Below, piece by piece: positions 57,158 to 64,000 of a stretch of DNA of 64,000 nt. The DNA comes from Bacteroidales bacterium (GTDB lineage: Bacteria; Bacteroidota; Bacteroidia; Bacteroidales; JAADJA01): assembly GCA_020052415.1 (NCBI GenBank), contig JAGVPB010000094.1, positions 102,881-166,880 of the forward strand, read 5' to 3'. Below the pieces are notes generated by a model. It worked only from the letters and a program-made list of their open reading frames with translations, ran no database searches and was not told the DNA's origin. Each line of letters opens with the position of its first letter. The stretch's first letter is position 1. The position numbers and the translations under genes are program-made.

Positions 57158-58453
57158 ATGAATTCAGTGATTGAAAAATTATATAAAACCTACCGGGATT
57201 TCCCTGATGTTACAACCGATTCGAGGCTGGTCAATCCCGGTTCTATATTCTTTGCGCTTAAAGGAGAAAGTTTTAACGGCAATGAATATGCAGCGGAGGC
57301 CATAAAGAAGGGCGCACGGTTAGCTGTTGTTGATGAATTAAAGGGCGATCCGGGAAAGAATATCCTCGTTGTGGAAAATGTGCTCGACAGCCTGCAGAGA
57401 ATCGCAAAGTTACACCGGCAAAAGCTTGGTTTGAAGATAATTGCCATAACCGGAACAAATGGAAAAACCACCACCAAAGAACTCATGCACCGTGTTCTGA
57501 AAAAAAAATATAAGGTTGGCGCTACAGCAGGAAACCTGAATAACCATATTGGTGTCCCATTGACAATACTTTCATTCAAACCGGGTTTGGAATTCGGAAT
57601 CGTTGAAATGGGCGCAAATCATATCGGAGAAATTACAAGGCTTTGCGACATTGCCCGGCCTGATTTTGGAATAATTACCAACGTCGGAAAAGCACACCTT
57701 GAAGGATTCGGAAACCTGGAAGGAGTAATCAAAGCTAAAACTGAACTTTATAATTTCCTCAGAAAAAATGATGGGATTGTTTTCGTAAATACACAGAATG
57801 AAATACTTCTGAAAGCATCCGTCGGCATTAAATCATCCGGCTACAGTTCCGGTGAAGGAGCTGATTACTCCGGAAAAATCGTCAGGGATTTTCCTTACCT
57901 TACCCTTGATTGTAATTTAGCGAATCATATCTTAAAAATCGAATCAAAGCTTATTGGCAGTTATAATTTTGAAAATATCCTGGCAGCAGTTGCTATTGGT
58001 AACTATTTTGATGTATCTCCCGAAGATATCAAAGAAGCTATCGAATCCTATGAACCCGCAAACAACAGGTCCCAAATTATTAGTACTGCTTCAAACACAT
58101 TGATACTTGATGCTTATAATGCAAATCCGTCAAGTATGAAGGTGGCTATTGAAAATTTCGCCAAAGCGGAATTTAGCAACAAGGTTTTGATATTGGGCGA
58201 TATGTTCGAGCTTGGAAATGAATCTGAAACAGAACACAATGCAATTCTCGATCTGATCCGGTACTTCGGTTTTAAAAAGATATTTCTTGTCGGCAGGGCT
58301 TTTCATAATGCATATAATTCAAAGGAATTTCAAAGTTTTCCAACCGTAATCCAATTGCAGGAGTTTCTTAAGGAACATCCGCTAACAGAAAGTACTGTTC
58401 TGATAAAGGGTTCAAGAAAGATGCAACTTGAAAGGCTGACGCCCGGTTTATAA
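57158..58453 (+). CDS. murF: UDP-N-acetylmuramoyl-tripeptide--D-alanyl-D-alanine ligase
   Basis: ITGTNGKTTTKE is the P-loop and DAYNANPSSM is present. The start is set at ATG 57158 (MNSVIEKLY) because the track N-terminus overlaps gldJ and its terminator. Confidence 0.9.
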   Translation: MNSVIEKLYKTYRDFPDVTTDSRLVNPGSIFFALKGESFNGNEYAAEAIKKGARLAVVDELKGDPGKNILVVENVLDSLQRIAKLHRQKLGLKIIAITGTNGKTTTKELMHRVLKKKYKVGATAGNLNNHIGVPLTILSFKPGLEFGIVEMGANHIGEITRLCDIARPDFGIITNVGKAHLEGFGNLEGVIKAKTELYNFLRKNDGIVFVNTQNEILLKASVGIKSSGYSSGEGADYSGKIVRDFPYLTLDCNLANHILKIESKLIGSYNFENILAAVAIGNYFDVSPEDIKEAIESYEPANNRSQIISTASNTLILDAYNANPSSMKVAIENFAKAEFSNKVLILGDMFELGNESETEHNAILDLIRYFGFKKIFLVGRAFHNAYNSKEFQSFPTVIQLQEFLKEHPLTESTVLIKGSRKMQLERLTPGL

Positions 58454-59509
58454 ATGGATAATTATAGTGTCATCGGCTTAATGTCAGGATCCTCTCTCGA
58501 TGGGCTCGATATCGCCTGCTGTGAATTTTCTTATGATGTAAAATGGAATTTTACCATCCGCCATGCAGAGACTGTAGAATATCCCTCAAATTGGTTGAAA
58601 AGGTTAATAAATATGCCTGTTTCAGATAGTGAAGGCCTGGTGAAAACTCATATTGAATTTGGAAAATACCTCGGCAGGGTCGTAAAAGGTATAGTGAAAA
58701 AAACAGGATTTCGTGCCGATTTTATTGCTTCTCACGGCCATACCATTTTTCACCGTCCGGAAAAAGGTTACACGTTTCAAATCGGAAACGGGAATTCCAT
58801 CGCAGCCATCACAGGAATACCGGCTGTTTATGACTTCCGTTCAGCAGATGTGGCTCTGGGCGGACAAGGCGCTCCGCTTGTACCCATCGGTGACAGGCTG
58901 CTATTCGGTGATTACCCCTATTGTTTAAATTTGGGCGGAATATCGAATATTTCCTTTGAAAATGATAAAAAAAGAATTGCTTTTGATATTTGTCCGGTGA
59001 ATATGGTTTTAAACTATTTGTCATCCCGAAAGGGATTAAAATATGATGATAAGGGTCGGATAGCTTATGGCGGTAAAATAATATCTCCATTATTGGACAA
59101 GCTTAACAGTCTGGATTTTTATCAACAAGACCCACCAAAATCCCTGGGCAGAGAATGGGTCGAACAATTTGTGGTTCCCTTAATCATCGAAGCAACAGGA
59201 ACTCCGGACGACCTGTTGAGAACTTTTACCGAACACATTGCATTCCAGATAGGAAAAATATTGAATCAACATCCTGCCGGGAAAATTTTAGTTACAGGAG
59301 GCGGAGCAAAAAACAAATTTTTAATTGACAGGATGAAAATCATACTGAAATCTGAAATCGTTATCCCCGAAACCAAAATCGTTGATTACAAGGAAGCCCT
59401 GATATTTGCCTTTCTCGGAATATTGAGATGGAAAAACGAAATCAACTGTTTGTCCTCGGTTACCGGAGCCAGCAGAGATTGTTGCTGCGGAGTAATAGCC
59501 CATCCCTGA
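58454..59509 (+). CDS. anmK: anhydro-N-acetylmuramic acid kinase
   Basis: GLMSGSSLDGLDIA is at the N-terminus and LVTGGGAKN is present. The gene abuts the murF stop. Confidence 0.85.
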   Translation: MDNYSVIGLMSGSSLDGLDIACCEFSYDVKWNFTIRHAETVEYPSNWLKRLINMPVSDSEGLVKTHIEFGKYLGRVVKGIVKKTGFRADFIASHGHTIFHRPEKGYTFQIGNGNSIAAITGIPAVYDFRSADVALGGQGAPLVPIGDRLLFGDYPYCLNLGGISNISFENDKKRIAFDICPVNMVLNYLSSRKGLKYDDKGRIAYGGKIISPLLDKLNSLDFYQQDPPKSLGREWVEQFVVPLIIEATGTPDDLLRTFTEHIAFQIGKILNQHPAGKILVTGGGAKNKFLIDRMKIILKSEIVIPETKIVDYKEALIFAFLGILRWKNEINCLSSVTGASRDCCCGVIAHP

Positions 59510-59709
59510 ATACAAAATCAAATGAATCCACCGGAGTCTGATCTCATTGTCAATTAACATACAGGCAGAAATTCAGATATAAAATAAACTTTTACAAACT
59601 CCGTTTGCTCTTGAAAAAATATATTAACATATAACTGTTTAAAATTCAGGTTCGAAAAATTTACCCTCACTTCATATTCGAGTAATTTTACTTTTTCATA
59701 AAAATTGAA

Positions 59710-60441
59710 TTGTTTATGTTGACAGCATTCATTTTACAGATTACGGGAACTGGTCAGGCAGCAGCCGATACACTAAACAGGGTCATTAACAATGCAGCTG
59801 TTCAGTCTGGCCATTTGTCCTTATCATTATGGGATCTTACATTAAAGGGCGGGTGGATAATGATTATTCTTGGAGTTTTTTCAATCATTGCCGTTTACAT
59901 TTTTGTAGAGCGGTATTTATCAATAAACAGGAGTTCAAGGGAAGAAAAGAATTTCATGAATAACATCCGTGATTTTATTCATGATGGCCGGATAGATTCA
60001 GCAATTACATTATGCAGGAACAACGACACTCCAATAGCAAGAATGATTGAAAAGGGATTATCCAGGATCGGAAAACCATTAAGTGACATCAATACTGCTA
60101 TTGAAAATATAGGCAAACTCGAAGTATCGCGCCTTGAGAAAAATATTGCAGGCCTGGCTACTATTTCCGGGGCATCTCCAATGCTTGGATTTCTTGGGAC
60201 AGTAATAGGAATGGTAAAGGCTTTTTACGACATGTCAATGGCTGGAAACAATATTGATATACAATTGCTTTCGACTGGTATTTATCAGGCAATGGTTACA
60301 ACGGTAGGAGGACTTATCGTGGGTATCATTGCTTATATTTGTTATAATATTCTTGTAGCAAGAATCGAGAAACTCGTATTCCTTCTTGAAGCAAGAGCGA
60401 CAGAATTCATGGATGTTCTGCACGAACCTGCAAAAAAATAA
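59710..60441 (+). CDS. MotA/TolQ/ExbB proton channel family protein
   Basis: Three TM segments are present. LATISGASPMLGFLGTVIGM and YQAMVTTVGGLIVGI are typical ExbB/TolQ motifs. Confidence 0.85.
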   Translation: MFMLTAFILQITGTGQAAADTLNRVINNAAVQSGHLSLSLWDLTLKGGWIMIILGVFSIIAVYIFVERYLSINRSSREEKNFMNNIRDFIHDGRIDSAITLCRNNDTPIARMIEKGLSRIGKPLSDINTAIENIGKLEVSRLEKNIAGLATISGASPMLGFLGTVIGMVKAFYDMSMAGNNIDIQLLSTGIYQAMVTTVGGLIVGIIAYICYNILVARIEKLVFLLEARATEFMDVLHEPAKK

Positions 60442-60489
60442 TATTAAGCGGGCTAAAAGAGTTGTTCTTAAACTACTATTAAACAGACA

Positions 60490-60906
60490 ATGGCAATTCA
60501 GACAAGAAATAAATTAAGAACGGATTTCAGCATGGCTTCCATGTCGGACCTGGTATTTTTGCTGCTGATCTTTTTTATGCTTACTTCAACACTTGTAGCT
60601 CCCAATGCAATAAAATTATTGCTCCCTGCAAGTAACAGCCGGACGATTGAGCAACCTCCGAAAATCATAGTATCCATCAATCAGAATCATGATTTTTTCC
60701 TGCAGGGAGTTCAGGTAAATGAATATTCGCTTGAAAGCGGATTAATGGAAAAGCTCACAGGTCAGGAAAGTGTTTCAATCCGCCTTGAAGCAGATAAGAA
60801 CATTCAGGTTCAGTATATTGTAAATGTTATTGATATTGTAAACACTATTAATAAAAAGTACGGTACGAAACATAAAGTTATTTTGGCAACAAGTCCGAAG
60901 AAATAG
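60490..60906 (+). CDS. ExbD/TolR family biopolymer transport protein
   Basis: MSDLVFLLLIFFMLTSTL is a single TM segment, and the size is 138 aa. Confidence 0.8.
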   Translation: MAIQTRNKLRTDFSMASMSDLVFLLLIFFMLTSTLVAPNAIKLLLPASNSRTIEQPPKIIVSINQNHDFFLQGVQVNEYSLESGLMEKLTGQESVSIRLEADKNIQVQYIVNVIDIVNTINKKYGTKHKVILATSPKK

Positions 60907-60983
60907 AAAAACGATATAATATTTTTTCGCAATCGCTCAGCAATAAAAAATCTGGTGGATTGGATAGTTAAATTAGAAGTTCA

Positions 60984-61757
60984 ATGAGCAAAGATAAATA
61001 TAAAGGAATAATCGGTACTGTTGTTTTTCACACAGCCATATTGCTTATTCTTATCCTGCTGGGATTTTCAACTTCACTGCCCTTACCGGGAGAAGAAGGT
61101 GTTGAAGTAAACCTCGGTAACAGCGATGATGGAATTGGTGACATTCAACCCGAAAAACCAATTGCGGCCGACAATAAAACTGAACTTCAAATACAACAAC
61201 AAACAGAGGACGATGGGGAGATTGTAACGCAGGATATAGAAGACGCACCCTCGATTGTCAGGAGCAAAGAGAAAGTTATTGAAAAGAAAACAAATTTAAC
61301 AGAGAAGAAAAAGCCGGAAAAAGAAGAACCACAAATAAATCCGGCAGCACTTTATAAGGGAAAAAGTAAACAGACAGGAGAAGAAGGAAATCAGGGTATT
61401 ACCGGTAAAGCAGGCGACCAGGGAAATCCGAATGGGACTCCTGATTCTGATAACTACAAAGGTCAGGGAGGTTCGGGTGATGGTTTGTCATATAGCCTTG
61501 CCGGACGATCACCCAAATATTTGCCAAAACCTTCAAGTCATTTTACTGAAAACGGAACCGTTGTCGTTCAGATCAGTGTTGACAGGTATGGTAAAGTGAC
61601 ACATGCTGTTGCCATTGATAAAGGATCAAATACTACTGATGCGAACCTCCGCAGATTAGCTGAAGAAGCTGCAAAAAAAGCTGTTTTCAATGCAAATACA
61701 GATGCAGCTGAAGTCCAAAGGGGAACAATAACCTACCACTTTGTTGTAAAAGATTAA
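60984..61757 (+). CDS. TonB-like energy transducer
   Basis: It has an N-terminal TM, a Glu/Lys/Pro-rich linker and a C-terminal TonB-like domain (GTVVVQISVDRYGKVTHAVAIDKGS). Confidence 0.6.
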   Translation: MSKDKYKGIIGTVVFHTAILLILILLGFSTSLPLPGEEGVEVNLGNSDDGIGDIQPEKPIAADNKTELQIQQQTEDDGEIVTQDIEDAPSIVRSKEKVIEKKTNLTEKKKPEKEEPQINPAALYKGKSKQTGEEGNQGITGKAGDQGNPNGTPDSDNYKGQGGSGDGLSYSLAGRSPKYLPKPSSHFTENGTVVVQISVDRYGKVTHAVAIDKGSNTTDANLRRLAEEAAKKAVFNANTDAAEVQRGTITYHFVVKD

Positions 61758-63053
61758 ATGAATTACACTCAGTCACTTGACTATCTTTTCAGTCAGCTTC
61801 CAATGTTTCACAGGATCGGAGCTGCTGCCTACAAAGCCAATCTTGACAATACAATTTCTCTGTGCAGGATTCTTGGAAATCCGGGTAACAAATTTCCTTC
61901 AGTTCACATTGCCGGAACCAATGGCAAAGGTTCTGTTTCGCATATTATCGCTTCTGTTTTGCAGGAAGCCGGATATAAAACCGGGCTTTATACTTCGCCC
62001 CACTTAAAGGATTTTCGGGAAAGGATCAGGATCAACGGGAGAAAAATTCCTAAATCCAATATCACTGAATTTGTAAAAACCTATAAAAGGTCATTTGAAC
62101 CTATTCAACCTTCATTTTTCGAATACACTTTCGGGATGGCTGCCAGGTATTTTGCTGATGAAAAGGTTGATATTGCTGTAATAGAGACGGGAATGGGCGG
62201 GAGACTCGATTCGACCAATGTTGTAAATTCAATCCTGACAGTAATTAGCAACATCGGATACGATCATACTCAGTTTCTGGGTGACACCCTTGAGAAAATT
62301 GCCATTGAAAAAGCCGGTATCATTAAGCCGGGGATACCCGTTATTATTGGTGAGACACGGAATGAAACGAAAGATGTTTTTGTAAGAAAAGCGTTTGAAA
62401 CAAAGTCGCAGATATGTTTTGCCGATGAAAAGTTTAAAGCAGCAAACTCTAAAAAAACAGGTAAACACAATCCAAAATTCCGTATGGATATTTATAGGGA
62501 AGATATCCTTGATTTTAAGGATTTGATTTGCGATCTGACCGGTAATTACCAGTTAAAAAATATTATAACGGCATTTCAATCAGTTGAAACATTGAAAAGC
62601 CTGGGATTTGAGATTACTCCTGATCATCTCCGGCAAGGAATTAAAAAAATCAGAAAAAACACTGGTCTTCAGGGAAGGTGGCAGATCCTTGGCAGGAATC
62701 CTTTAATTGTCTGCGATACCGGGCATAATGTGGATGGAATCAAGCTGGTTTTACAGCAATTGAAAGAAACCCCGCACAAGACATTGCATATTGTTTTAGG
62801 ATTTGTAAAGGATAAAAACATTGACGCCATCATTGACCTTTTGCCAAAGGATGCCTGTTATTATTACTGCAAGGCCAATATTCCGCGTGGCCTTGATCAG
62901 GACAAGCTAAGAGCATCATGCCTTAAAAAAGGACTAACTGGAAAATCGTACCCAACTGTGAAACTTGCTTTTGAAACTGCCAAAAAAAATGCTGATAAAG
63001 AAGATCTCATTTTTGCAGGCGGCAGTACTTTTATTGTGGCAGAAGTTATTTGA
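61758..63053 (+). CDS. folC: bifunctional folylpolyglutamate synthase / dihydrofolate synthase
   Basis: HIAGTNGKGS is the P-loop, with a Mur ligase-like fold. AVIETGMGGRLDSTN is present. Confidence 0.9.
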   Translation: MNYTQSLDYLFSQLPMFHRIGAAAYKANLDNTISLCRILGNPGNKFPSVHIAGTNGKGSVSHIIASVLQEAGYKTGLYTSPHLKDFRERIRINGRKIPKSNITEFVKTYKRSFEPIQPSFFEYTFGMAARYFADEKVDIAVIETGMGGRLDSTNVVNSILTVISNIGYDHTQFLGDTLEKIAIEKAGIIKPGIPVIIGETRNETKDVFVRKAFETKSQICFADEKFKAANSKKTGKHNPKFRMDIYREDILDFKDLICDLTGNYQLKNIITAFQSVETLKSLGFEITPDHLRQGIKKIRKNTGLQGRWQILGRNPLIVCDTGHNVDGIKLVLQQLKETPHKTLHIVLGFVKDKNIDAIIDLLPKDACYYYCKANIPRGLDQDKLRASCLKKGLTGKSYPTVKLAFETAKKNADKEDLIFAGGSTFIVAEVI

Positions 63054-63178
63054 TATAACCCACATTCCATCAAATCTTTGTTTCATAAAATCATGGATTA
63101 TCAACAGAATATTTTCCTATTTCCATCATTCCTCCACAGGTGTGTCTTGGCATATCTTTCCATTTTACCTCGCCACTA

Positions 63179-64000
63179 TCATTCCGGATTTCTAACTTCC
63201 GACATGGATTTAGGCTTAATTGCCATCATTTCGTAAAAAATCTTAATCCAGATCGCAATGCATGGCACTGCCTTCAGGACGTAAGGAATAATCAGGTTCT
63301 CTCGGATTACACCTGGAAACAGGTCAGTCGGCGACAGCGAAGTAAAAATTAATGCAATTGCAAGAAGAAGGATATTTTCAGTTCGAGGAGCCCGGGAATA
63401 AAACCAGATGGAAATCCCGCTCATGGCAATAATAAAAGTCGGTGACTCGGCTTTGTGGTTAAAAATCACAACCCAGATCAGTACAGATGCGAGAGCAAGA
63501 AGCCTGAAATTCAGATTATCATATTGCCTTGTTCTTATGAAAGGAAGCATGAATAAAACTGCACCAACTAATACCAATATGATTTTATCAACTGAAATAC
63601 CAAACCATGTCGCGATCCAACCCATAACTGATAATCCATAGGAAGCAGAGTGATCTGATGCCAGCATATTCATCCAGTTTGAATAAAGCGCTTGTAACTG
63701 TCCAAGGGGTACAACTATCAGGGGCAAAGCAAGAAAGACTATAAACCAAAGGATCACAAATAATCCGAATTTCCACTTTTTTGGATAGAATAAAAACAGA
63801 GCAAAGGCTACTAATCCGAAGATTTTAATAAAAACAGAAAACATAAGGCAAAGTGCAGCTGGCAAGGGTTTATTCTTTTCGAGCAAGCCAAATGAAAGAA
63901 TGATCAAACCAGCTACCAATCCGTTGCTTTGACCATTCTGGAGCGACGTCATCAGCTCAATAATGATGGTGATAAGCATGAAGATTTTCTTTTTTGCATC
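63179..64000 (-). CDS. polytopic membrane protein, GT87/DUF2029-like glycosyltransferase candidate; N-terminus outside the window
   Basis: Multiple hydrophobic segments are present. The minus-strand frame stays open through position 64000 (…DAKKKIFMLITI…). Confidence 0.45.
   Translation of the reverse strand, partial: DAKKKIFMLITIIIELMTSLQNGQSNGLVAGLIILSFGLLEKNKPLPAALCLMFSVFIKIFGLVAFALFLFYPKKWKFGLFVILWFIVFLALPLIVVPLGQLQALYSNWMNMLASDHSASYGLSVMGWIATWFGISVDKIILVLVGAVLFMLPFIRTRQYDNLNFRLLALASVLIWVVIFNHKAESPTFIIAMSGISIWFYSRAPRTENILLLAIALIFTSLSPTDLFPGVIRENLIIPYVLKAVPCIAIWIKIFYEMMAIKPKSMSEVRNPE

Overview
This looks like a chromosomal segment from a low-GC Bacteroidota genome. Supporting signs are T9SS and gliding genes (PorU-like, PorP/SprF, GldJ), TAnnTTTG-type promoter elements and fused E1 alpha/beta. 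Housekeeping genes include GT3 glycogen synthase, valS, def, ruvX, dapD, tsaC, murF, anmK, folC and an ExbB/ExbD/TonB-like set. Several accessory modules sit between them.

1. **AmmeMemoRadiSam locus (2065-6956).** It has a Memo-AMMECR1 fusion with a signal peptide and a radical SAM enzyme with a twin-arginine leader. A polytopic spermidine-synthase-like membrane protein lies between them.
2. **AT-rich island (7440-13729).** It encodes an ECF-like sigma factor, a TM/TPR anti-sigma-like protein, an exported 1108-aa TPR-CHAT protease, a small secreted peptide gene and a sensor-less histidine kinase. A conserved ~31-nt motif precedes both the sigma gene and the kinase gene.
3. **Three tandem thioredoxin paralogs (17294-18682).**
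4. **Secreted and outer-membrane proteins (29033-36179).** One is a T9SS cargo.
5. **Candidate lipid/polyketide-type cluster (36333-46034).** This is the strongest candidate for an undescribed system. It has two B12-binding radical SAM enzymes, an ACP, a FabD-like acyltransferase, a thioesterase, two crotonases, a KASIII-like protein that appears to lack the His/Asn catalytic residues, a 3-hydroxyacyl-CoA dehydrogenase and a FabF-like KS. Heptad-repeat intergenic elements flank it.
6. **Two diverged tandem PorU-family C25 peptidase genes (46633-54351).** They lie next to porP/sprF-gldJ-murF, and a third truncated PorU-like remnant sits at 1781-2092.

No rRNA, tRNA, CRISPR array or intact mobile element was recognised. 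All calls rest on reading the supplied translations and sequence by eye; no database search was run.
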